Shown in pieces: positions 42,001 to 46,095 of a DNA stretch of 64,000 nucleotides. A model generated the notes under the pieces. The model did no database searches, was not told the DNA's origin, and saw only the letters and a list, made by a program, of their open reading frames with translations. Numbering within the stretch: position 1 is the first letter of the stretch; each line of letters starts with the position of its first letter. Source of the stretch: a virus; the IMG/VR virus record IMGVR_UViG_3300023192_002962, positions 21,738 to 85,737 of that record; one strand, 5' to 3'. A program made the position numbers and the translations under genes.

Positions 42001-42519
42001 AAAGTAATAGGAAGACTTAAGGCAAAGTTAAAATCGCAAATGGCACTAGGAAGTTCAGGCAAACTTTTAGATGACGCCGGTAACCTTGTAGTTGGTAAGG
42101 AAAAAGAGGTTTCGAAACTTGTTCAACAAATTTCAAAACTGAGAGCAAAAGCACTAATATCTAAAACTACAATAAAAACTACTATAGCTTCTTTTACTAA
42201 AAGAGGAGGTTTAGCTTCTTGGGGAATAAAGGCATTTAATTATGCAGGTTGGGCATATCTGGCCTGGGAAGTACTGAGTACAGTATGGAATATAATGGAC
42301 AAAACAGCCTATTATAAAATAAATGTTGCTCAATTATTAGCTGGTGAAAATCAGTTCACATGGGTTCCTTTAACTTATAAAGGCGAAGACTATGTTGCCG
42401 GGTTAGAGGGAATTATAGGCACTCCTAGAAGTACATCTACTATTATACACGGTGAGTTAAAAGGAAAAGAAGGAAGGAATAGAGCTATATATATACTAGG
42501 ACAAATGTGGGATGCATAG
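27088..42519 (+). CDS. Giant baseplate hub/central tail fusion protein (5143 aa) with Cys-rich insertion
   Basis: Contains tube-like modules (IGDILFHIPPVNL..., ~29940; SISWSYANNLSPM..PTYQHMG, ~31470), a hub N-part (MDRVYPAFKLF...LKVGAEIMILLGYG...KFKGAITEI, ~34130) and a gpD/gp27-like C-part (YQGTLSMLGNPNIRPWDVVYIYD...EVEQVVNTIS..GGYITTI, ~41540). The tail is basic and hydrophobic. Confidence 0.75.
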   Translation: MATNPTDVTFIDPVDKSTVRRKSSGEFSQIDQLKDIFEKLRKIIYEIEAGPDGFNAMGPSLDSTFTTTSTATTGSMTMQVDRGLGAQQLRVSIISTMIDSLLIPNSVHYTPLLEFKAKILDESLIKNNADVTSYFSEEWQVLLHYIYLLETIYSAHADSLYLELIPLKNVGGPGAYGLGSMNMSAMEVLKSNILPPSIVSIKVTSTKDYLKDGTYQNILKSRHIEPFYMTPELADKLLTGYTLETPPHTREMPPMFADHHINVFDGTGTKKYYAAQGGVAHNAIIFMLSFSKAPSKWLENAMDNEDEFITLGEDIGAGPADSHLDVILWKDAASRDDPVNRQAIRKIITTILANGRKNMSTLDVDDYVMSVESRKEFELFIDTYFVELTLEEATTPPPNGKFFINGTWFTDTPLYLHTWANANTPGSPNSGKFWTTTNYDYLRKTSLFDKFFIGTKSLRQLANDAGNYPTIGERREKFVEFINSWHLLDKPNSIRALQSLIVDHFKNNRSAFADLISFGELRNLVLDYSLHNISPTHPLYVLDSYYNMQSITLITPTAKIEIATQDSIGQDLSGQIQSIENSEVTINVTDSLTVSKVPGSESISPIIDQNEIETSDKDILPFKGLLVMSTISAANSGIVYEVLDRFGTIWNQGETAITFAIKDSKGSLDPGKLGLKGLKYATIFPFFDENGNSFPYSKNYATMTWIEETKSLYFITHDEYGLTQFDYHAVASITLEDSSFTDEQVPQWRVVFEAYEATGAHVFDLYGGQLLVFNIPNIPQGALITDRVQLGITSVPSYPEKVKSKLFIQETEPVTLMTIPVTQKFDVEYDLWGGDGFKNPDGSTPVVMDPSWFEDKDTEEEALDDGGGTISPSITTTFSIGSKEVPIDEYLRVLEKIQFNKPSVATDISDIIQYNTETGESLTRSTSLPAKALQTDSQFKYVRPANPEDTGVMYIGDILFHIPPVNLRFSTVNQTMSIPTMRTKGDPINTSNNNIPKVDITVYFKGTEQINNTLRPLLALSQVMPTTSVQNTTIFDSWIGRRDKLSDSTLDEIDRFLPLPCYLESINVGTIPGFPNTLQAHITLIQMDISPMVPVLTYWKYTSDALNQAMMKTTRQSISNTILTIKDKETPGLTKNPKNDSEIKVLNSVGQLLTIKLPDKMDQVDDDKITVYPQESFPFRKLYRNRLLEEENTFSRVVKDPFLHWNKYLPAENSTLYLTYKSPRYFNDEWYSFKSRFDLLAQNMNGVRLLFQITGAGLTEEASISNLFRKTEDFGLREAIEYMVGALSWVKDWDATISILNREWKKTVVGMARRFGSEPLMITFNNLDGTEETVNLADWVDSTSVDLEYVDEDGNIKQPVRDIINSLVKRFAEDLQPDKRAKNGNVLPASLDFVETIIQNILINPIFDEETPTNPLNYEDIQIGLGWSESPSVENIDLLVKQGLFPTMTKEGKKQRGKVVRYHFQSVIQSISWSYANNLSPMFLASSTLPTYQHMGTANAMVTISLRTRDERLIKILTDMKEAANAIGSQILSGNTELVGFDVISLSGAMDKVYSGHLLNSFGFKHCSIASMEHRNMEGFPGWWEVNIDLIENNTVLRSWENLSLVPSIGSNTINILKKALFAIPFVVDSGAEFDPTLAGLQGTGKEITIKKDIGGKKTYNNRTRSVTTAKNVVTIKTTIPEKPPSEKLNFDEIALQELPLESIIDHLVRRVVHVRTGKNYAKVTLKEVERSGTIKATYKEWTINFDKDGNELKGRYSKDEIARVEEKWAWKVFQSKRKPSYKGNVVLDHSKALGPWLEKLADITKLFSEYDKYLKGADVNYPQYTNEAQGLPDRQIAFGLQAAVEDAIGACIEMTCYLFDSAAYNLVERSYREVEDRIAKFIKMYPEAFSSSGTLPLREAIFSAVKYGPSLAKYDYSVQPSTTFFTKGLRYHIVKGFFIDPINASINLNTDALTIEAGMFSNTLSNKLTPLIRRQDFRELIDQQAEAFGFSSTNKPDLAALYAELNRSIAPNYPDLNLPDIYLTSTGTQLMSPTFCFVDIDPDLEIVEMEKSLVMLRTVFSTQIAALWGVINKRAYDDIQAYMVTNNGQNTPMFDTALNTMSALEIALAGKGERKRGLVIPAWLLDQTDPLAPRKDKLDIKNLKAANIFKIMGDLVKKIELEQTQNNENPDPLARTPLTVPLTEGYQGLAKSDLMKIMSLTALVDYVITLMAVAPYVTDQVEATKWLGATDGLNFVEASKALSKHVAGFLEEDKPNVEKLASIFKNTVLLTGIEDLKIDSEIRIKRTIDLILKKKNKASSMLTIASTGDWSAFNSFMGIGNVDGDFKRTELLTKFNEYMQTKRKGTMDRVYPAFKLFILEEDSPVWHSFDDFYTYDAASEISIIESKHAASKTALLKLSNVTGKLTGKKYNDLINEGYIPLPGANVNLKVGAEIMILLGYGADYRQLRMKFKGAITEINPGAILELTAQSWGAGLLNQVGSLGGIEHTTLNGASTLGGVLLDILTQTPGLGKLGRWGLRDWDKNDPKHFTYTSLKRIYYARAMNSALGWIPSKDFAVVSNISDILGGFLEDRSEGLPFTGKGVLEKYRQNDVIVRSVGNAIFDNIIINNNKLDGYGLFQWVSRVTKISSWGFSWHIYAQSAWDALHEVTLFLGDYIVTTLPFDEGNDVFSNPPRETLYVGPREHLYNASSFKPTFNIRDIMAEIIKDYNNSSTIVANATELAKDFSTNLDNALAKLKELEDGAEFPVGEPQVANVPMYCTEWYDGHEEDPATSPGDEYTVLYTIPTPYDVGASGATFTFFVPEKDSLDKDQASNLINPGSPYPAVHVLGDFVKDHGIPGWGGMIEVTRVKATDRVTGQQFNAEVEYTNVGDGSTAGWWVTVKDLPEVGATFSQTVSEEYSDIEIFGASGNYYEWNAAPFSSAGSTGSNGFNPEHYIGRGKVLLSTPGNKPIQDGSLDVFLITCNSGGPECEEQIFEVGTLGYTGSGGATGFQVISTVDILGPTYAGSTQTFPHGTREYIERSYILEIYDTPSIFLYDEKSSDVTGASYDYELRAPINSDSTSFSYQTKYKVATKSLDLGCSYARESHNEDVGAGTYSGWEYDIYPEGDLLLEIPNCRPVSGDCPWLDEAEPPGMDQYGPHIEISEEDYGLIIEDKAFLKIPRSPWFNQYIADAFPAQSSTYSWHVPNLDPDPDERVWLSRCGVAISNDWLDYNGTSESNADPTWWAPEKRWDWILPNSFPSQIAESDAGYIAPYSSSIFWNWIAANNAMWTTYFTSGFTSQWTGNGIIFPDPQDLWTSVSQINTGGVGACDASTVWQTVNECTELSFTKFPPITCSEHTTYGAGAPPPDCAGKCSGEIGYGSLLDECGVCMDPGCTNTGPGATFTENPCNGDEYPGNVNEEGTGWNQICADCGGLANGDWFNNQCGDCVAPESFGATACIRHCNGRYYYTDGADSIDQASLISGTTGPQIDTCGVCMYSYGEGAQNPSLQTWSTNTDWQFWGGTGINHGAGFGWNKPCADCALEPGGTALHDRCYQCVGATTGGTYAADTVVPCVTDCAGNWGGTAEFDDCGVCVYDTASGDGTGWNQTCVDCAGEPGGTAYYDNCGVCVGLSTTGPYPAGATAPCIADCAGNWGGALLDTCIGNNATEEEDCVNNGGFWSPLGYDICGNCGKSVTDVTPQAFCNNGTQYNDWYTGCGANINDYLFPGIGVYEETNGWAFYAVYNEDDPTGSDPLDTIHNSFHSSYGGNGATFSGEDTARAAAYDWWENLSNQSYGLPQSPFGDCTCWGGNEDSDCDGNCQYDRSFSYNNSYDDSASQFDDCNVCVRASTYNSGSCADCSGVDNGSAYTDDCGNCVSTPDAGCAKGCDGIWYDDSSQPEYDDCTICTGTFPAGVPTYNDESCYDCGGNVNGNLHINRCGHCGDPSDTGETTYNRCEMACDGTWQTRVYEDDSGIGEDRVFYYQTGYYNPSYPARLDWCDICHFEGSEEPGWDFPDRPEWNENCTDCAGVLNKRQHLLHNQDNEFTATENKCDECVSLDTWSMTSCAPEGTDNCQKRCDGTWSIASGTGTWPPYDTNECPKPIFNDGATADNIDNCGVCGGTGVPFGDTLGADMTYYGCGCEEACRGDVPWQLRTVYEARHKDPIKVVVRYSYITDFIDDALELDIAISYYVKKKCAQFAFELPRIPTNIGVSTIEQLGFITMDPHNIQAKITINPADYGQESPDGGSSPYEITMNSFSQFGQLTPEGEVTVNEIDPNNPPELLDANPNVIGASTTLALINKYTVVPKVHRQLNHAISYLSSTPVPVDYNFYFKTLGSWVEVTYNLINHVAANPLQIAGAQQAVQEIQANISNVAELKELVAKNEQEVLTLAKHSISKIIKDIYNLQGYGPGSYLNGGWEWREFVPIFVKQLIGNGFHRYAAIVSKWASVGFWSPFLSKKILIWGIDINVWGKVIREIGWYGDSPVPFTYTKVHEILVGDYEKNFIDKTMMSSIEIDEYSVGLLEYVNKLKKLNSEDCEWMTPVVDPATNANVSKYNKQMYNFRISKDKMVSESVKVDENVDTGGYRNTSGFYHKDKPEMKKLGMEFKYLGGIKGDITFAGIDLTLTISSVGVLQHLTDMYHNIFLLSKQDLAMKEDIIDIMKNQIEGRAAGLESYNIEEPGYSDMSLVLIELEDRIREIRGLNNIFSYKSVVQHHFVDSYNDILQNNIIATADEMFNHVSIHYLAEPSKAKTNTSAEYYKTEAMVSYDQDADYLRTYTSYMKNMDPNMFKDWSSANVYLGDHRANDEFAQEQILDAFTPEASNIAQNVLRNVIKPMYQGTLSMLGNPNIRPWDVVYIYDDNIAMYGPVEVEQVVNTISVDGGYITTIIPNLLIYDKDSMRAIEQQLMSHIQQFGFKNMAALGAYSLIRLGAARVGWKWVYNTFLKASSEGAGLSVYNATAKLWELSAKQVADGGSRSAFASAKLANKAQTKVIGRLKAKLKSQMALGSSGKLLDDAGNLVVGKEKEVSKLVQQISKLRAKALISKTTIKTTIASFTKRGGLASWGIKAFNYAGWAYLAWEVLSTVWNIMDKTAYYKINVAQLLAGENQFTWVPLTYKGEDYVAGLEGIIGTPRSTSTIIHGELKGKEGRNRAIYILGQMWDA
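37135..39465 (+). repeat. About 14 degenerate Cys-rich peptide repeats (DC-x-G...D-x-C-G-V-C) within the hub protein
   Basis: Examples: DCAGNWGGTAEFDDCGVC, DCAGEPGGTAYYDNCGVC, DCSGVDNGSAYTDDCGNC, DCGGNVNGNLHINRCGHC. Includes a 216-nt-period duplication (TGG at 37630 and 37846). Confidence 0.9.
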
Positions 42520-42542
42520 ACAGAAGGTGACATATCTATAAC

Positions 42543-43316
42543 ATGGGAACAGCAAACGACCTTACTTCAAAATTTGACCATAAAGCAGCTAAGTCTGTTA
42601 CTATGCGATATCCAGTTAGAATTGCATCAAATAGAGCAGTATGGCATAATGAATCCAATGTAATTGTAGTGCAGGGAGATGATTTTGACAAAACTAAAGT
42701 GGTACATTTTTGTTTGCTTATGAATCCTCCACCAAATTCTCACTCTAAGGAGGAAGAAATAAATCCAGATGAAGTAGAAGTATTGGAGCTACTGTTTGCA
42801 ACGCATAAACCTAATGATGATCCAAAAAGAACGTTACCTACAAAAGGGGTTCCATTAGAGATAGATGGTTTTGCGTTTATATTAAATACCCATTCCAGAC
42901 AGACCCCCGCTAAACCGGCTACCATTAAAGCTTCACCTTCAGAAAAAGATCTATCGACAGATCGTGCTGATGGGACAGCATCTTATTTGAATGTTGCGGG
43001 ATACGGATTAAATATTACAGGAGGAGGAGATATATCAATAATAGGCAAAAATTCCTCTATGAACCTTGAGGATAGAATAACAATGACCGCACCTGTTTCA
43101 ACAAATGAATTGACAGGGAATATATTAACTACACAAAATTTTTTAACAGAATATTGCATGATACCACAGAATGTTTTACCTACCTGGATTGTAGGCATGG
43201 ACCCGATTATTAATGTATTAGAAATTTTAGATGCATACAACGAAGTTAACAAATATGTACAAATATGTGATGGGTTAATGGATATTTATGAAGCATTCGG
43301 GGATCAGCTTGCATAG
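42543..43316 (+). CDS. Baseplate central spike/puncturing protein (gpV/gp5-like), putative
   Basis: Directly after the hub gene. A run of short beta-strands (GTASYLNVAGYGLNITGGGDISIIGKNSSMNLEDRITMTAP) follows a beta-rich N-terminus. Confidence 0.45.
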   Translation: MGTANDLTSKFDHKAAKSVTMRYPVRIASNRAVWHNESNVIVVQGDDFDKTKVVHFCLLMNPPPNSHSKEEEINPDEVEVLELLFATHKPNDDPKRTLPTKGVPLEIDGFAFILNTHSRQTPAKPATIKASPSEKDLSTDRADGTASYLNVAGYGLNITGGGDISIIGKNSSMNLEDRITMTAPVSTNELTGNILTTQNFLTEYCMIPQNVLPTWIVGMDPIINVLEILDAYNEVNKYVQICDGLMDIYEAFGDQLA

Positions 43317-43347
43317 GATAAACAATTTAGCTGGGGGAAAAGAAGAG

Positions 43348-43500
43348 ATGAAATTTACAAAAGAATGGTTATCTTCATTATTAGAAGAGAATATGACTAA
43401 TTTAAAAACAGGAAAAAAAAGCGTAACGATAAATTATAAAAAACTTGAAGAAGAAATTGAGAAGTGGAGAAAGAAAACTAAACGTACTGAAGAAAGTTAA
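43348..43500 (+). CDS. Small Lys-rich hypothetical protein (~50 aa)
   Basis: The track ORF begins at 43288 and overlaps the spike gene. ATG 43348 after GGGGGAAAAGAAGAG is the more plausible start (MKFTKEWLSSLLEE...). Confidence 0.5.
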   Translation: MKFTKEWLSSLLEENMTNLKTGKKSVTINYKKLEEEIEKWRKKTKRTEES

Positions 43501-43680
43501 ATGAGTGTAAATAAAGAATATAGACTTTTAACTAAAGTACCAATAGGTACAAAGATGATTGTTAACAAAACAGGTAAGTCTGTAAAACTTGATGAAATAA
43601 GATACTTTCCTACTCGGTATAAATGTGATGATGGTAATTACTATTATACACATGATGTGGATATATTATGGCATATATAA
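43501..43680 (+). CDS. Small hypothetical protein (59 aa), missed by the ORF track
   Basis: Hand translation: MSVNKEYRLLTKVPIGTKMIVNKTGKSVKLDEIRYFPTRYKCDDGNYYYTHDVDILWHI*. It starts right after the previous stop and overlaps the ferredoxin start by 13 nt. Confidence 0.6.
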   Translation: MSVNKEYRLLTKVPIGTKMIVNKTGKSVKLDEIRYFPTRYKCDDGNYYYTHDVDILWHI

Positions 43681-43967
43681 TAGTAGATCCATGTGTAAGT
43701 ACTTGCGATACAGCTTGTGTGGAAGTTTGTCCCGTGGATTGTATTCATGGTCCTGAAGACACAGAGGGTTTAGGTGCAGAAGCAAAAGAACCTGGATTTA
43801 ATCCAGAAGGTAAACAACTCTATATCAATCCAGAAGAATGTATTGATTGTGGAGCTTGTGAACCTGAGTGCCCAGTAGAAGCTATTTACGAAGAAGATTC
43901 TGTTCCAAAGGAATGGGAAAAATTTATAGATAAAAATTATGAGTTTTTTGGACAAGAAAGACCCTAA
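43668..43967 (+). CDS. fdxA: Dicluster (7Fe, FdxA/FdI-type) ferredoxin
   Basis: N-terminal C9-x3-C13-x3-C17-x3-C21-P-x2-C25 and C-terminal CIDCGACEPECP, with QLYINPEEC and EAIYEED context. About 20-aa insertion between the clusters. Confidence 0.9.
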   Translation: MAYIIVDPCVSTCDTACVEVCPVDCIHGPEDTEGLGAEAKEPGFNPEGKQLYINPEECIDCGACEPECPVEAIYEEDSVPKEWEKFIDKNYEFFGQERP

Positions 43968-43982
43968 ATTGGAGAAATAAAA

Positions 43983-44165
43983 ATGATTAAATATATAATA
44001 ATAGCAGGTTTGTTTTGTACTTTTTCAACTGCAGCTGAAGTAGATGTTGCACTACCTGAAGTAGTACAATCACAGACTGATGATGATAAATATGTAGTAG
44101 ATGCTAGAAGACGTGGTGGTAAAGGAAACAAAAAACGTAGACGTGGAGGCAATGGTTTAAGATAA
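43983..44165 (+). CDS. Small secreted peptide: signal peptide, acidic spacer, polybasic C-terminus
   Basis: MIKYIIIAGLFCTFSTAA|EVDVALPEVVQSQTDDDKYVVDA|RRRGGKGNKKRRRGGNGLR. GGAG SD, and TAATG coupling to the next gene. Confidence 0.7.
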   Translation: MIKYIIIAGLFCTFSTAAEVDVALPEVVQSQTDDDKYVVDARRRGGKGNKKRRRGGNGLR

Positions 44166-44908
44166 TGAAATTAGCTTTTAATGAGCATGGTCAAATTATA
44201 TCCAGTAGTGGAGCTCTTGCTAATATTGAAGGAGGAGCCCTGGCAGAAATGTACAGGCTTAATTCTTTTTTTGGTATAGTGCGAGGAGATTATATTTTTG
44301 ATGTTAAATTTGGCAACTCGGCAGCTCAATATACAGGTAAAGCCTTAAATTCTGAGGTACTTAATTCGTTTGCTAGTACTTTAAAAAAGGCTTTGGATAA
44401 TTCAGATTTGCTTAACGATAGAACTTATGAAATAACTACTTCTCAAACAGGAAGAGATTCTCTATCAGTAAATATTACAGATCAAACTACTGGACATAGC
44501 TATGCTTGGAGATATGATGTTAGAACTAATAGATTAACTAAAGTTGTAGAAGTAGATACTCCTTCTGTGGCAAAAACATATCAAGCATTTACAGAGACAT
44601 TTACAGTAGATGGTTTTACTAGGCTTTTGAACATAGAAGCCTTATATACGAAAACATTAGTTGATAATGGATTAGGAATATTTGATAATATTGAAATTTT
44701 ACATAACGTTTACATACAGGAGTCTAATTCTGCAGAAAGAAGGTTGGCATTCAGTAGTGAACTAGAAATTGACATGTTAAATTACACTGTTCAATTTTAT
44801 ACAGCCCCACCTGAAGGTTATAGAATAACTGTAGAATTGTGGCCTTCACTAATGGCTAATCTTTCAGGACTAGATAGCCCTTATTTAACAAGAAAATATG
44901 GAGTATAA
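44165..44908 (+). CDS. Baseplate wedge gp25-like protein with C-terminal extension
   Basis: KLAFNEHGQII..SGALANIEG....YRLNSFFGIVRGDY..DVKFG pattern. Located before baseplate J. Confidence 0.65.
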   Translation: MKLAFNEHGQIISSSGALANIEGGALAEMYRLNSFFGIVRGDYIFDVKFGNSAAQYTGKALNSEVLNSFASTLKKALDNSDLLNDRTYEITTSQTGRDSLSVNITDQTTGHSYAWRYDVRTNRLTKVVEVDTPSVAKTYQAFTETFTVDGFTRLLNIEALYTKTLVDNGLGIFDNIEILHNVYIQESNSAERRLAFSSELEIDMLNYTVQFYTAPPEGYRITVELWPSLMANLSGLDSPYLTRKYGV

Positions 44909-44910
44909 TT

Positions 44911-46095
44911 ATGTCATATATTTTACAAAATAAAGATGAAATAGACGAACGACTAGTAGAATTATTTAAAGTTGCAGGATTTTCTAACGCTAGTAGCCCA
45001 GGTACTCCGGAGCATGCCCTTTATAAAGTACTAGTAGAAGAACTGTATAATGCATATGGAGTGCTTGATTCTGCTTATAGAGGAGCGCTTCCTTTAAACG
45101 CATCAGGTGCTAATTTGGATTTATGGTCAACGTTCTTTGGAAGTACAAGACAATTAGCAACTTATGCTAAAGATTCAACTTTAACTAATGTTTATTTTTA
45201 TTTTCCTGAGGATTTTGATATTTCTGTAATCCAAGCGGATATAGATATATCAACAGGAACATTAATAAGTGCAAATGGAGTTAATAAATTTTATACTGTT
45301 ACCGAGGACGCTGTTTTGACTACACTTGCTACTGAAGCCCGAATTGTCTATGTTAAAGTACAGGCACAAGAGAGTGGGGAAAATAACAATGTAAATAGTG
45401 ACGAGTTAAATACACATACTTTGGATGTAAGTGGCTTATTAGTGTCTAATAAATTTCCTATTACTTCTGGATTGTTTCCACAAACAGATTCGGATTTAAG
45501 AGTATCTATGCAGAATATTTTTGGTAAATTACTTAGTACCAACCTTGCTTCCATGCAATTTCATGTACTAAATCTTCCAGGTATATCTAATGTTAATATT
45601 TTTCCATTAATACGAGGAACAGGTACATTCAGTTTATTTATAGATTCTGTAGCTCCTGTTGTATCTTTAGAGCTTTTAAATCAAGTTCAAGAAATTATAG
45701 ATCAAAATAAAGCTCTAGGGACTATAGGATATGTTGACTATCCAGAATATAGAAGTATTACCATTGAATTTGAAGTCCTTGCTAAAGAGGGGTTAGATTC
45801 AGAGGCACTAATTTCAGAGTTAGAGTCATCTGAATCTCAAGTTATTGTAGATTTGATAAATAATATTCCCCGCGGTGATTCGTTTAGACCAAGTGAAATG
45901 GTAAGAATTATTCTTGATAATAGTAAAGTATTAAATGCAACCGTAAAAACCTTAAAAATTGGAAATTATAGCGTTATAGACCAAACAATAAAAGATAATG
46001 AAACAGTAGCTCCAACACCAAAACATATTGATATCACTCAAAAATGGTTTTGCTCTACTGATCTTTGCTCATATTGCGCTGTTTCTTTTGGATAA
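44911..46095 (+). CDS. Baseplate J-like (gp6-type) wedge protein
   Basis: ASGANLDLWSTFFGSTRQLATYA, VKVQAQESGENNNV, QTDSDLR and LPGISNVNIFPLIRGTGTFSLFI are baseplate-J hallmarks. Confidence 0.85.
   Translation: MSYILQNKDEIDERLVELFKVAGFSNASSPGTPEHALYKVLVEELYNAYGVLDSAYRGALPLNASGANLDLWSTFFGSTRQLATYAKDSTLTNVYFYFPEDFDISVIQADIDISTGTLISANGVNKFYTVTEDAVLTTLATEARIVYVKVQAQESGENNNVNSDELNTHTLDVSGLLVSNKFPITSGLFPQTDSDLRVSMQNIFGKLLSTNLASMQFHVLNLPGISNVNIFPLIRGTGTFSLFIDSVAPVVSLELLNQVQEIIDQNKALGTIGYVDYPEYRSITIEFEVLAKEGLDSEALISELESSESQVIVDLINNIPRGDSFRPSEMVRIILDNSKVLNATVKTLKIGNYSVIDQTIKDNETVAPTPKHIDITQKWFCSTDLCSYCAVSFG

Noticed and set aside
27088-43316. Tail-associated lysozyme or peptidase domain in the hub or spike
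   Set aside because: I looked for transglycosylase, M23, NlpC/P60 and T4-lysozyme motifs and recognised none. A divergent one cannot be excluded without an HMM search.
3032-46095. Extracellular contractile injection system or tailocin rather than phage
   Set aside because: Head-adaptor and closure-like genes precede the sheath, the cargo includes an RNA polymerase, and no host genes flank the module. The capsid genes are presumably outside the window, so this is not formally excluded.
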